Part shown: piece by piece, positions 46,442-57,416 of the stretch
Numbering within the stretch: the first letter of the stretch is position 1
Layout of the letters: the number at the start of each line of letters is the position of its first letter
From: Escherichia phage T5
Strand: one strand, 5' to 3'
Sequence record: AY692264.1
Length of the DNA stretch: 64,000 nucleotides
Position numbers and translations under genes: made by a program
Notes under the pieces: model-generated
What the model was told of the DNA's origin: nothing
What the model saw: only the letters and a program-made list of their open reading frames with translations
Database searches by the model: none

Positions 46442-48508
46442 TTACCTTATATGGATATACCCGTTTTGCAGGTCTATCTTCATTTTGTAGGATCCCTCTG
46501 GGTTAGAGGATAGTGCTGCTGCACGATCATATATAATATTTACACCAATTTGTGATAAGAAAGCATTGTTAGCAACAATTTTACTAGCAGTTACCGTGCC
46601 ATTAACTATCATATCTCCGTGTAAAACCATTGCAGGGCTAGTCCACGCCGAACCATTCCACTGTCTAGTAAAAGCTGTCCCAGGAGCACCACTCTTATAT
46701 TCAGTTAATACGTCATATTTAACAGGACCACTGCCGAAATTAGATGTAAAAAATGAATTAGCTTGTGAGTCATTCCATGCTGTTAAATTAGCAATAGCAA
46801 GAGAATACATTCCAGGACCACGTTGTCCTGTAGCCCCCGGCCTGCCATCAACACCTTCTGTACCACTCCATTGAACTACGTCAGACCAACTAGTTCCCGA
46901 TACTAATTGATTAGTAACTGGGTCCAGAGTACCTGTAGAACAGTAAATATTCTGAGTATTAGATGTTCTATTTGGTGGAGTTTTAGACCAACCAGAAGGT
47001 GGGTATGCAGGACTTGTTGGTTTAGCAGGTAATGAAGTACCTATAATATAGATAAATACTGTTTGCTTCCCTTGTATACCCGTCTGTATATCAATATCAC
47101 CATTTGGGGTACCAATTACAACCTCACTAGAGATCCTAAGTATATTACCATCATAACGAATATACTGTGTAGCATTACCAATATCTAATTTTGGTTTAGC
47201 AGTAACATTATCCATGCCCATCCAGATACCGGATTTTGTATCGCCCCAAGTTTTACCCTGTGTATAAATTGCTGGGTTATCTTGACCGGTTAAATTAGTC
47301 ATGACAAAGTTAGCAGCATTAATAGTTTTAGTTATTACACTCCCATCAACGTTAACTATCTTTTTAACAGGGTCAAAGGATATTGGTGCTTTTCCTTCTG
47401 CGTCTAGAAGACCTATATTAATAGCACCAGTTGCAGCGTCAATTAAGAAAGTTTGTTTCCAGGTAGATCCATCTTTAATTTTACCCTTAATGTACGCATA
47501 GTTTACTTCGATACCAGTTTCATTAACAAAACTATTGTCTAATGGTGTACTCTCATTTAATATAAATGTCTGTACTGCGGAATCAGTAACATCTTGAGCA
47601 TCTGGTCCCCAGGCAATAGATGACACTTTAAATTTATGCTCTACTTTCCACGGGAATGATATAATTGTTGCCGACTGAGCAGCCCCCACGTTGATTTTTT
47701 GTGCCTTAGTCCATCCAGTTCTTACAAACTCTGCCGAATCTATATAAGATAGAACGAACTCACGAACATTAGCACCCGCACCCCTATTCCAGTCCCACTG
47801 CACACGTAAATCATAACGCTCTTTACCGTCTGCTATGCGCGCAGCTTTAAACACAATATTAATAGGAGCCGCAGGAGGTACAAAGTTATATCTAACTTCA
47901 AAGACATTAGGATATTCATAGTATCCTGATGAATCAATAGTAACACCGTCTGGTAGGCTTATTTGACCAGAAATTCTTACCTTATAGGATCCAATTGGCA
48001 CACCACCAAACATAATAGTAGGCATTAGTGCACCAACGTAATATTTAACCCATGGATTATTGGCATTAGAATTATCTTTTAATTCTATAGTGCAATAATC
48101 GGCCTCCCCTGTAGTATCTATATAAACTATTGGTGCTCCAACACCAACATCTACTGGTTCTGACTCGCATCGAGCACCAGTGATTCTAGGTGCTGATTTC
48201 ATTTTAAAAGTTTGCTTATCAGATAGATTAATTCCTATCTGTGCATTAAGAAGTTCAGAGTCTATTATGGAATCATAAAATGCACCCTGAACTTCATAAG
48301 TTGTTGTAGGTTTTAAGTTATTAATAGTTACAGAGAAAGTATCAATACCCGTGAAATCCCTACGAGTAACGTTGCTGCCTTCTTTAAGCCAAAATGATCT
48401 ACCTATAACGTCGTAATCAGAGTAGATAGAATGCTGGATATACGCCAACGTATATCCAGTTAAGACGCTATTTAGAACCATTTTAGCTGGTGCATTATTT
48501 GAAATCAT
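46442..48508 (-). CDS. tail tip / baseplate protein (T5 pb4-like)
   Basis: 688 aa; synteny within tail module. Confidence 0.6.
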
Positions 48509-51358
48509 TTAAATAGTAGCCCAACCAACAGATTGCTCTCCGTTTTCCCCTTCAGCTCGTATTCTAAACCGTAATTTACGATTGATACCTAGAGCCCCCG
48601 AGTTTAGTAAAGCAAAATCCGCCTTATTATATGTTAATAGATAATCATAGGTATAGACATCTTCTATTCTAACACTACGAAGCATTCTATCTTGAGAATC
48701 ATAAATTTCCAAAGTATAGTAAATTTCAGGAATTATTTCTTCCTCTGGAATCTTATCCCAAGCAAGTTTAACATCCGGTCCAACAAATTCAGTTACGTCT
48801 CCTGAAGCAGTATTAACAACCCTAAAGTTACTAACTACGCTTAAGTTCTTTGCGGAGTTAAGATCTACAGATAGTGTAACTGGAGAACTACGTCTACCAT
48901 TAATATCTACTGCGCGTAGCTCAAAAATAGCTAAACCAGCAGGCTCCCCTATAATCTCCTGAATCATTCTCTCATTAGGATTATTTTCCAGTTGTTGAAC
49001 TATGTAGGGATTAACATGTCCAGAATGTGCAATAGAATAGTATACTACGTTATTTGTAAGACTAGGAAGCCAGGATAGCTCACCATTCTTACCTATAGCA
49101 CCAACTACGCCACCTGGAGTAGGGGTGTACTTAAAGTCTCTAGGCGGTAGAACGTTATTACTAATATCAGGAATATCATTACCACTATTATCTACCTGTT
49201 CGGAATTAATAAATACATCTTCTCCATACTCTTGGAGGACTAGATTAATTTTACCATCACGAGTATTTTCTACTTCGTCAACCAGGAAGAATTTGTCCTT
49301 CCAGCCGTAACGTTCATATGTGAAAGCAATAGGATCGTTAGGCTCTATACCTATAAATTTATAGGGTACGGAAAAACTTAAAGTACGGGAGTATCTAGAT
49401 TTCTTAAGTTCCCTATCTGCGTAACTCCTAGCAGTGTAGTAATTAGTAATATTAGCAAAAGATAACTGAAGTTTCTTGTCAAGACCTTTATCCTGCTCTT
49501 TAAACTTCGAGTTATAGAACGTAATAGAGTTTGTTTTCCAGCTTAGTGCAGGGTCTACTAAGGATGCCTGTACTGAGTTAAACTTATTTCTACCAGTAGT
49601 ATCAGATAAGTCTAAATCTCCATAAGTATCTAGAAAATTTATTCTCAGAGGATTCGTAGAATATTTTTCTACTGTTATTCTATACTCACCTGATAGGTTA
49701 TTTATAGCTCCACCAAAGGATTCTAATATACCTTGAACGTTTTTAAAAACTGATTCAGAAGTATCCAGTATAGTATTTAGTTGAACTATTTGACGATTCT
49801 CAGATAGGGGGTCATTCCACCCAACGTAACGCCAGTAGGGCTGCCAACTAGTCTGGTAGGACTCGTCAATTATATCAAGTATTTTTGCCTCTGATATTAC
49901 TTTTTGTAGCGGGAACTGATCTAAAGTAATATCAGCACCATAACGATCTGAAGTCAGGTAATCCATAAGTTGCCAGATACCATTTAAGCTAGTCTTATCT
50001 GCTTTTATAGTACCATCAGAGTTGTATACTTTAACTTTCTTACCCTGCACTTCTGCGCTAATTTCAGGAATTTCAGTTCTATTCTCATTAATAGTAAATC
50101 TAACTATAGCATAAGCTGTATCCAATAACTTATAACGAGAATCCCAGTATTCCGGTCCGTTGCCGTTCTGATTCTGTAGATAAAATCCTTTTTTCTTAGC
50201 AATGTCTACAAGTACTTGTGCAGCAGTCTGGTCTGGTTTTCCATGAAAGGTCCAGATTCTTATATCCCCATTACCATCGTTATACTTATATTCTTGTCCA
50301 TGAACAGAAGGTTGAGATGTACTTGTACCAGCAGCTAGACGGTGCATTGTATCACCGACTATCTTTTTACGTCCAAAACAAGTTCTAGTATCGGAGTCTG
50401 TTTCATCAAAACATATCATAGGGCTATCTCCGATATAGAAATCTAGAAATCCATCTATCTCACCTTCTGCAAAAGCATATACTACGTATACTATATTAGG
50501 GTTATTTAGTTCCGTATCTGCAAAAATAGGTATACCAGGAATTTTCTGAACACCATATACTACAGGTATAAATTTAGCTGCTAAGTTAAAGTCTAGGTCA
50601 ACTTCTTTAGTTACAGTCTCATAGTATTTTTTAAGGCTGTAGCTTCTAGACAGACCAAATAACTTTTTCTTAGACTGTAATTTATATCGTTCTTCTTTAA
50701 CTTGGTATTTAGCTAGAATAGTTGTACTTTTATTAGAGTGGAAGAATCCATAGTCTTCTTGGTACTCAGGACGTTTAGCCCCATTTGATGGCTGAAGAGT
50801 TCCATTAACAACTTCAAGACCTCTATGAGATGCATCATCTGTATACCTGCCGTTTACTCTATCAAAATCATAAAATTGATTAGAACAGTTCCAAGTAATA
50901 ACTGATGTACCTATTCCGGAAGTATTAACGTTATCTTTTATTCCGCCTCCGGTAATTCTACCGCGGAAGAATAATAAAGGGCCATCTGTATCAGGATCTA
51001 CAGGAAGAATATTTCCTTCTTCATTGATTATTGCCTGATGGATAGTTATACCCCTATCTAGGAAAGATACTCCATTTTGAACTAGCTTTAGTACCTCATC
51101 TTCGGCAGTACCAGTTATTGTGAAGGATAGACTACCAATAGATAATTGACGGTTCTGTTTATGGGAGCTTATACTTTTTACTTTACCTGATCTGTACAAA
51201 ATACCATTATATGTAACATCTCTAAAATAATCTGTTAAGTAGATATAAGTAGCTGCGGAACCAGATGAACTTGGCAATTCAAGAGCTATAAGACATGCTG
51301 TCTTTAATTTATCATGGGTATTCAGGTAATTTTTAGCACTATCGAGTATTTTCTTCAT
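48509..51358 (-). CDS. baseplate hub protein (T5 pb3-like)
   Basis: 949 aa; position between distal tail protein and pb4-like gene. Confidence 0.6.
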   Translation of the reverse strand: MKKILDSAKNYLNTHDKLKTACLIALELPSSSGSAATYIYLTDYFRDVTYNGILYRSGKVKSISSHKQNRQLSIGSLSFTITGTAEDEVLKLVQNGVSFLDRGITIHQAIINEEGNILPVDPDTDGPLLFFRGRITGGGIKDNVNTSGIGTSVITWNCSNQFYDFDRVNGRYTDDASHRGLEVVNGTLQPSNGAKRPEYQEDYGFFHSNKSTTILAKYQVKEERYKLQSKKKLFGLSRSYSLKKYYETVTKEVDLDFNLAAKFIPVVYGVQKIPGIPIFADTELNNPNIVYVVYAFAEGEIDGFLDFYIGDSPMICFDETDSDTRTCFGRKKIVGDTMHRLAAGTSTSQPSVHGQEYKYNDGNGDIRIWTFHGKPDQTAAQVLVDIAKKKGFYLQNQNGNGPEYWDSRYKLLDTAYAIVRFTINENRTEIPEISAEVQGKKVKVYNSDGTIKADKTSLNGIWQLMDYLTSDRYGADITLDQFPLQKVISEAKILDIIDESYQTSWQPYWRYVGWNDPLSENRQIVQLNTILDTSESVFKNVQGILESFGGAINNLSGEYRITVEKYSTNPLRINFLDTYGDLDLSDTTGRNKFNSVQASLVDPALSWKTNSITFYNSKFKEQDKGLDKKLQLSFANITNYYTARSYADRELKKSRYSRTLSFSVPYKFIGIEPNDPIAFTYERYGWKDKFFLVDEVENTRDGKINLVLQEYGEDVFINSEQVDNSGNDIPDISNNVLPPRDFKYTPTPGGVVGAIGKNGELSWLPSLTNNVVYYSIAHSGHVNPYIVQQLENNPNERMIQEIIGEPAGLAIFELRAVDINGRRSSPVTLSVDLNSAKNLSVVSNFRVVNTASGDVTEFVGPDVKLAWDKIPEEEIIPEIYYTLEIYDSQDRMLRSVRIEDVYTYDYLLTYNKADFALLNSGALGINRKLRFRIRAEGENGEQSVGWATI

Positions 51359-51969
51359 AGACTTTCCCTCAAGGAAAGTGAAATACCAGAGTAAGTACCA
51401 TTGTTATTTAGGGTAGAACCGAAGGAATCTCCGTTCATTAGCTTAGTTCTAAATAAGATACCATTAAAAACTGGTTTTTCACTACCCGTAGTAGTAATAA
51501 ATAGATCAGGATACAGGGAAATATTCCATACGTTTCCTGAACTACTAAAATTTGTTATTTTATAAACTTTAGGATGAGTAGATAATTTAAATAAATCCCC
51601 AGCTTTTGGCTGCCCAGTTAGGGTTCCATTAGTATTTAGTATAATTTGAGAACCTTTTTGACCGGCGGGTATGGTAACACTCTTGGTATCACCACGTACT
51701 CTAAATGCTTCATACTGAGGCAGGAGTACATCTAAATAATCTCCAGTTCTTTTATACTCTAAAAGCCTAGAGTCTAGAAATGCATATTCATCCGGGAAAA
51801 GTTCCGGGTATGAGATATTAATTCCCCAGTATTGAGCAGATATTTTAACCTCTTTGACTTTACCATTAGGTAATTCATCACGAATCATAGGGTCGTTATC
51901 TACTAAATTGACGCTTTCAAAACCTAACCCTGGGTACTCTGGGTTCGTGTATGGATCTGGTAGTCTCAT
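51355..51969 (-). CDS. distal tail protein (T5 pb9-like)
   Basis: 204 aa; just downstream of tape measure gene; overlaps next gene by 4 nt. Confidence 0.55.
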   Translation of the reverse strand: MRLPDPYTNPEYPGLGFESVNLVDNDPMIRDELPNGKVKEVKISAQYWGINISYPELFPDEYAFLDSRLLEYKRTGDYLDVLLPQYEAFRVRGDTKSVTIPAGQKGSQIILNTNGTLTGQPKAGDLFKLSTHPKVYKITNFSSSGNVWNISLYPDLFITTTGSEKPVFNGILFRTKLMNGDSFGSTLNNNGTYSGISLSLRESL

Positions 51970-51996
51970 AGTTAATTTCTCCTCTTTAATAACAAT

Positions 51997-52025
51997 ATTA
52001 TAATAGTATTGGAAAATTTTATCAA
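51997..52025 (-). promoter_or_regulatory. sigma70-type promoter in front of pb9/pb3/pb4-like genes
   Basis: Reverse complement TTGATA-17-TATAAT, then AAAGAGGAGA RBS and ATG at 51969. Confidence 0.5.
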
Positions 52026-52043
52026 GAAATTTTTATTTTTCCA

Positions 52044-52072
52044 TAAAGAAAAGGAGGACATAAAGTCCTCCT
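52044..52072 (-). terminator. rho-independent terminator after tape measure gene
   Basis: Hairpin GGAGGAC-tttat-GTCCTCC followed by TTTTCTTTATGG on minus strand. Confidence 0.65.
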
Positions 52073-52078
52073 CCAATA

Positions 52079-55000
52079 TTAAGAATTACCAAGAGATTTC
52101 AGGGTGGTTCCATTCTCATTAAGAGCCAGTTCCACGGCATCTCTGAAAGCAGTACTGTTATTCGATGCAAAATCTCTGAAGCTTGCCGCATCCATAGTGC
52201 TGATATTCAGGATAATAGGTCTTCCAGAGGTAGTCTTTGATCCATCGGAAAGCTGATCATTAGGTGTAGCTTTCATAGGAACCATAGGAGTTACTACTTC
52301 GGTACCATGCTCACCCATTTGATAACTAACTCCAGGGTACATCATACCGCCCTCAGCACGCGGAACAAATGAGTTGGCATTACCAATACCTTTATCACCG
52401 CGTAGGTAGGATAGTTCTCCTGAACTAGCTTGCATAGATACATCAACATTTTTCTGTCGCTCACCTAGAGTTAAGTACTGAGTAGTATCTGCCCCAGAAT
52501 CCGCAATAGAAGACATGCCAGATGCAGAAGATGCTTGAGCAAGAGCTAACGCACCTGCTAAACCTGCCGCCACCATCAAAGGAATAGAGAACGGGTATGG
52601 TACAGCTGTTGCTGCTTGCATTACTGCTACTGCTGTCTGAATGATGATCTGTTTCTTAGCTGCATCTTGCTGAATCTTCAGCTTTTCAGCTTCTAATTTT
52701 TTCAGCTTAGCTTTAGATGCCTCAGATTTGCCATCACGCTTCTGTTCTGCTGCAATAGCCTGATCAATTGCACTAACCTGCTGACTAGTACTGTATTGAA
52801 TCATAGAAGCTACAGTCTGCATACCGGAAGCAATCATAGACGTAGTATCTAAAGATCCCTGAGAGAACTGAATCATAGCATTAGTTAAATTACCCATGCT
52901 TTGAGCCACAGCGGTTGCTTCGGAATTTAATTCAGACAACTTAGAGATCGCCTGGTCATAAGAAGCCATTCTATTTTGCATATCAGCAAAATCTTTATCT
53001 TCTCCGATTAACCCAGTAGTAGGAGTATAAGTAGCCCCAACAGAAGATCCTACCTGTTGCTGCATTTGACTTTCTCGCTGCTTTTTAAGCTGCTCTAAAG
53101 CTGCTGAAGTTTTATAAATCTCATTACGATACTTAAGCTCCTCTTCCGTATTACCCTTAGATAGTTCCAGCTGTTGCTGGAGAATGGATAATCTCTCCGT
53201 AAGAATTTGAGATTGACCAGTAACATTTCTCTGCGTTTGACTGACCTCTAGTGCATCCATGAGGGCTGATACATGTGAGGCTGTTCCCTGTTTCTCCGCT
53301 TCCCATATTTCTCTACTTATTTGTGCTTGAGCACGTCTAGACTGCTCTACTTTAGCTTGACCATCCGCTTGTTTAGAGTATAATTCCGTTTTTTCCTGCT
53401 CTAACTGCAGCTCTAGTCTTAACTGCGCCAAACGATACTGAGTACTCGTCATAGTGCGGTCATTCAGAAGAGCTATTTCTCTATCAACACCAAGAATCTT
53501 ATCAGTATAGTCTTTAGTCTTCTTAGCATTTTCGAATCCCTGGGCTTTAGTATTAAGAATTTCTGTCTCTATCTTAGCTACTTGTTTTAATGCTTCGGGA
53601 TCATTAGGGTTAATAGCTAGCAACGCTTTTGCCGCCGTAAGCTGTTCCTGCTGTTGTCGTAGTAACACCTCTCTAGCTGCTGCTTCTGCCTTGGCCTTAT
53701 CCTTAGTCTGGTTGTAAACCTCATCTTTACGCTTAGCTACTTCCAGTGCATTTTGCTCACTCTTATCCATAGCAGTTACATATTCTGATAGACCTTTCTG
53801 TGCAGCCTTCATTTGGTCTAGGCTTGAGAAACCTAGATTTAGGTTCTTAACTAGAGTATCCGCACTTTGCCCGGTTACTTTAGAAGTATCTTCTACTGCT
53901 TTTACAACACTATTTAGGTCACTAGAGGCTTTTTTAGCGTTAGTAATACTACTTGCCGCCATTCTTATGTTATTTGCAGTATCACTAGAGCTTTTCTTCA
54001 GGAAATCAAAGTTCTTCTGTATCTCTGATACAGCTTTGAGGTTATTAGGATCAACTTCGAATACTCCTTTGTCTCCTGGAACAGCAGTATCAGCATACTT
54101 CATCTTAGCGCCTAACTGCTCAGCTAGTTTGCCATTACGTAACAGAGCTTCTCCAGTATCCTGTACCGCTTGTCTTAGAACCTTCTCAGTTTTAGTGCGT
54201 TCTTCTATCTCTTTGTTTTGACGAGCCAATTCATTAGTGAGTTGTACTACTAACTTATTACTCTCATCACCACCAATACCGCCAGCAGTAAGGGCATTGG
54301 CGATAGGAGCAGTAGCCGCCTGTTTTGCCTTAAGATCATCCAATTGCTGCTTAAGCTCTTGAGCTTTCTTAACACGTTCTTCGCTTTCTTTAAGATATGT
54401 ATCTAGATCTTCTCGCGCCCCTACAGCATTCTCTATTAAAGCTGTAACGTTTTCAGCTGGAGTAGTTTTAGCGGATGCACTACGTGCCATTGCGGAAACT
54501 CTCATCTGGGAAGATTTAGTTTGGTATAAGAAAGTATTAAGGGTATCCATAACAGGATTTAAGTATGTAGCAGCACTTTGTTGTAAACTTCTTAGAGCTG
54601 AGTTAGCATTGGCAGCAAATTGTTCCCAAGAGGTTGCCTTAAGAGCATCATCTAGGTATCCAAATCTACGAGTAGACTCTGCAATAACTTCATTTGCATA
54701 CGCTTGTTGTTTCTGGTATGTAGTTAAACTATCTACAGTATATTTAATACCTGTACTGGTAGCATTTAATTGTTTAACGTAATTTTCATACGCATCGTTA
54801 AGACGAATAGTAACACCAAGTTCATCCAGAAGTTCGATTTCTTGTTTTGATACACCCTTAATTACACGGTTAAGTGCATCAGTCATATCAACACCAAGAA
54901 CAGCAGCCGCACGACGTGCTACTAAACCGAACTGCTCTAGTTGTTCGCTGTCAAATCCATAAGCGGAAGCAGAGGATGCTTGACGCATAGCCTCTTCAAA

Positions 55001-55738
55001 GGATATAGCACCATTAGTAGCGTTTTGTAGTGATAAAGCTAGTGTCTGTACCGGTGTACCTGTCATGGTGCCGACAATAGTACCGAACTGTTCCAGCCTA
55101 TTTAGCTGGTCACCTACTTTTAGGCTCTCAAAAGCAGTCTGTAGGACGAATACGTTAGAAGCAAGAGCTGCGTACATAATAGGTAACCTACCGCCGATCT
55201 TAGCCATTGCTGCAAAGTCACGAGTAGCTCCGCGTGCGGAACCGGAAGTATTACCTAAAGCTCTAGAAGCCCTACCAGCAGCACCAGCAGTGTCATTAAA
55301 ACCCTTAGATGTACCACCTAAAGCTCTATTGGTGTCATACAATCTATCTTGAACTTTCTCTGTTGCAGCTGCAACATCATTACCCATTGCTTTAACAGAT
55401 CTAGAAACCCCATCGAATCCAATTTCTAGTTTATCTGTTACTTCAATAAGTTGGATAGCCAGGTAATCTAGCTTATCACCAATACCATCAATGGATTTAG
55501 TGATACCAGCCATACCCCTACTAGCCTGCATTTTAGTAAGACTTTTTGCTGCTCTATCTGCTGCCCTCTCAATGGAGTATAGAGTTCTGGGCATTTTACC
55601 TAACTGTTCATTTGTCAGTTCGGAAGCAGCAGCAGCATTTTCTAATGCATCAGATACGTTTTCAATAGACTTTGCAGTACGGGTTGCCCCCTTCTGTTTA
55701 ACGTCTATTAGTAATTCTCGTATTAGCTTATCAGTCAT
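52079..55738 (-). CDS. tail tape measure protein (T5 pb2-like)
   Basis: 1219 aa, long Ala/Gln/Glu-rich coiled coil, Gly-rich C-terminal region. Confidence 0.85.
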   Translation of the reverse strand: MTDKLIRELLIDVKQKGATRTAKSIENVSDALENAAAASELTNEQLGKMPRTLYSIERAADRAAKSLTKMQASRGMAGITKSIDGIGDKLDYLAIQLIEVTDKLEIGFDGVSRSVKAMGNDVAAATEKVQDRLYDTNRALGGTSKGFNDTAGAAGRASRALGNTSGSARGATRDFAAMAKIGGRLPIMYAALASNVFVLQTAFESLKVGDQLNRLEQFGTIVGTMTGTPVQTLALSLQNATNGAISFEEAMRQASSASAYGFDSEQLEQFGLVARRAAAVLGVDMTDALNRVIKGVSKQEIELLDELGVTIRLNDAYENYVKQLNATSTGIKYTVDSLTTYQKQQAYANEVIAESTRRFGYLDDALKATSWEQFAANANSALRSLQQSAATYLNPVMDTLNTFLYQTKSSQMRVSAMARSASAKTTPAENVTALIENAVGAREDLDTYLKESEERVKKAQELKQQLDDLKAKQAATAPIANALTAGGIGGDESNKLVVQLTNELARQNKEIEERTKTEKVLRQAVQDTGEALLRNGKLAEQLGAKMKYADTAVPGDKGVFEVDPNNLKAVSEIQKNFDFLKKSSSDTANNIRMAASSITNAKKASSDLNSVVKAVEDTSKVTGQSADTLVKNLNLGFSSLDQMKAAQKGLSEYVTAMDKSEQNALEVAKRKDEVYNQTKDKAKAEAAAREVLLRQQQEQLTAAKALLAINPNDPEALKQVAKIETEILNTKAQGFENAKKTKDYTDKILGVDREIALLNDRTMTSTQYRLAQLRLELQLEQEKTELYSKQADGQAKVEQSRRAQAQISREIWEAEKQGTASHVSALMDALEVSQTQRNVTGQSQILTERLSILQQQLELSKGNTEEELKYRNEIYKTSAALEQLKKQRESQMQQQVGSSVGATYTPTTGLIGEDKDFADMQNRMASYDQAISKLSELNSEATAVAQSMGNLTNAMIQFSQGSLDTTSMIASGMQTVASMIQYSTSQQVSAIDQAIAAEQKRDGKSEASKAKLKKLEAEKLKIQQDAAKKQIIIQTAVAVMQAATAVPYPFSIPLMVAAGLAGALALAQASSASGMSSIADSGADTTQYLTLGERQKNVDVSMQASSGELSYLRGDKGIGNANSFVPRAEGGMMYPGVSYQMGEHGTEVVTPMVPMKATPNDQLSDGSKTTSGRPIILNISTMDAASFRDFASNNSTAFRDAVELALNENGTTLKSLGNS

Positions 55739-56487
55739 CTAATGTTTTCCTGTATAAAACTATTAGTTAAAGATAGTATAGTTTCTAGCTCAGAGTAGTG
55801 ACAAGTTTCGGTGTACCCATCTGGAAGGATACGTTTATCTAATACTCCTGTGTTTACTGAGTCCTTTACTACTTTTTCTAGCCCCCTAGCCATAGAACCA
55901 TAAGAAAAAGTATGAGAAAAAATTACCGAGTGCTCGCATAGTGATTTATTGCTCTGCTGCCTCATTCTCTCTAGTACATCCTTACCAGTGATCCCAAATT
56001 TTAGAAAGTGAGTCCCTTGATACGTTAATTTCTGTATATAAAAAGTAGCTGGTATATTAGGATTAAATCCTCCTGAAGCACAATCAGGACACCCTGTATC
56101 GTGATTAATAAAATGGTGTATAGACACATCCCAGATACAACCATCTTTTAAACACTTAAGTATAATCTTAGAATCTTTATTAATATAGGTGGAAGACCAA
56201 GATAGAAAGTTATATCCTTTCTCGGCACACTTACTTTTTATTTGTTCTTCTCTTTCTTCCTTCGTCCATCTAGCTTTGCCTGCGCATGCAGGGCATTTTT
56301 GGGCAGTAATCCGTAAAAAGTTATCCAACCTAGGAGACCAGGTGTAATAACATTTATTACACTTAAGTGTAAGGGTGCTTTTAATATTAGTGTACTCACC
56401 TATCCAGCCAACAAAGGATAAATTTTTATCATTGCAAATGTTGCTTATCTGAGACTCTCTATCCTGTTTAGTAATCTTCTTTCCCAT
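55735..56487 (-). CDS. zinc-ribbon protein with GIY-YIG/T5orf172-like C-terminal domain
   Basis: Two CxxC...CxxC repeats (KCNKC..CPAC; CLKDGC..CPDC); C-terminal FYIQKLTYQGTHFLKFGITG resembles GIY-YIG; stop overlaps tape-measure start; start after the terminator chosen (track TTG start 56547 lies in the hairpin). Confidence 0.5.
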   Translation of the reverse strand: MGKKITKQDRESQISNICNDKNLSFVGWIGEYTNIKSTLTLKCNKCYYTWSPRLDNFLRITAQKCPACAGKARWTKEEREEQIKSKCAEKGYNFLSWSSTYINKDSKIILKCLKDGCIWDVSIHHFINHDTGCPDCASGGFNPNIPATFYIQKLTYQGTHFLKFGITGKDVLERMRQQSNKSLCEHSVIFSHTFSYGSMARGLEKVVKDSVNTGVLDKRILPDGYTETCHYSELETILSLTNSFIQENIR

Positions 56488-56513
56488 ACTATACCAACCT
56501 ATATGTTTATAAA

Positions 56514-56545
56514 TAAAAAAGGCTCTGGGCATATCACCCAGAGCC
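56514..56545 (-). terminator. rho-independent terminator after chaperone gene
   Basis: Hairpin GGCTCTGGG-tgatatg-CCCAGAGCC followed by TTTTTT on minus strand. Confidence 0.7.
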
Positions 56546-56581
56546 AAGCCTCATCGTGGAACGCCCCATTGGAAGAAACTT

Positions 56582-56950
56582 TTACCGTGCTCGAGATTTG
56601 GCATGTGGCTTAACGTTAGGTATTCTACCGTTTTGCGGCTTATGCTTCTCAGCACGTTTACGTGCAGCGTCTACAGCTTTAGCATCAAATATATTGATAA
56701 TGTGTAGAACAAATTCTTTCTCTATAGGATCTGTAATCCCATAAATATCAAATAAAACACCTAAAGCAGCCTTGTCTTTACCTATAAAGATAGGGAAGTC
56801 ACCAGGTATGAAACAGTCAACTAGACTATTATAAATATTCATACTAATAGCTACAATAGGTGGAAAGTCTTCAAGTTCAACAGGCATGGCCTTAGGATCA
56901 GGCTCTATACCCATTGATTCACAAAGTATTAAATATTGTTGTTTAGTCAT
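56582..56950 (-). CDS. putative tail assembly chaperone
   Basis: 122 aa; between tail tube and tape measure genes. Confidence 0.4.
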   Translation of the reverse strand: MTKQQYLILCESMGIEPDPKAMPVELEDFPPIVAISMNIYNSLVDCFIPGDFPIFIGKDKAALGVLFDIYGITDPIEKEFVLHIINIFDAKAVDAARKRAEKHKPQNGRIPNVKPHAKSRAR

Positions 56951-57011
56951 TTTAGATGCTGAGCTTTTAATACACTTATCTGCAAAATCAGCAACAGCAT
57001 CTAGTAATTCT

Positions 57012-57416
57012 TTACGCTTTTGAGCTACGAAAAGTATCTAGGTGGAACACTGTCTGGTTGATCCAAGAATCAAACGCAGCAGAGTTCTGCATAAGCATTA
57101 CAGCATTATCACGACTAAATGGAACTTCAGTAGCAGGATCAGCATCTGTTTCAATCAGCATCAGTTTTTCAACGTCACCTACAGTCAAACCAGTCCAACC
57201 TTTAATCGCAGCATCAACGAAAGCTTCAATAAACTTATCATCATCCTGTACCTGAATCAAAGTACCATTAACCCACTCGTCACGCTTAGCAGAGGTGATA
57301 ACTCGTTTAGAAGTAGCACGAGACATATAATTAAGCTCTAGCTTAAAGTTTGGCATACCTGGGTATGAAAGAGTGACAGTACGAGTTTCTAAAGTAATAT
57401 CTTTTAAGTTAATCAT
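57012..57416 (-). CDS. putative tail assembly chaperone
   Basis: 134 aa; position only. Confidence 0.4.
   Translation of the reverse strand: MINLKDITLETRTVTLSYPGMPNFKLELNYMSRATSKRVITSAKRDEWVNGTLIQVQDDDKFIEAFVDAAIKGWTGLTVGDVEKLMLIETDADPATEVPFSRDNAVMLMQNSAAFDSWINQTVFHLDTFRSSKA

Noticed and set aside
56582-57416. Programmed frameshift joining the two putative tail assembly chaperone ORFs
   Set aside because: Considered because of the position upstream of the tape measure gene, but the ORFs are separated by about 60 nt with an in-frame stop and I found no slippery heptamer; left as two separate genes.
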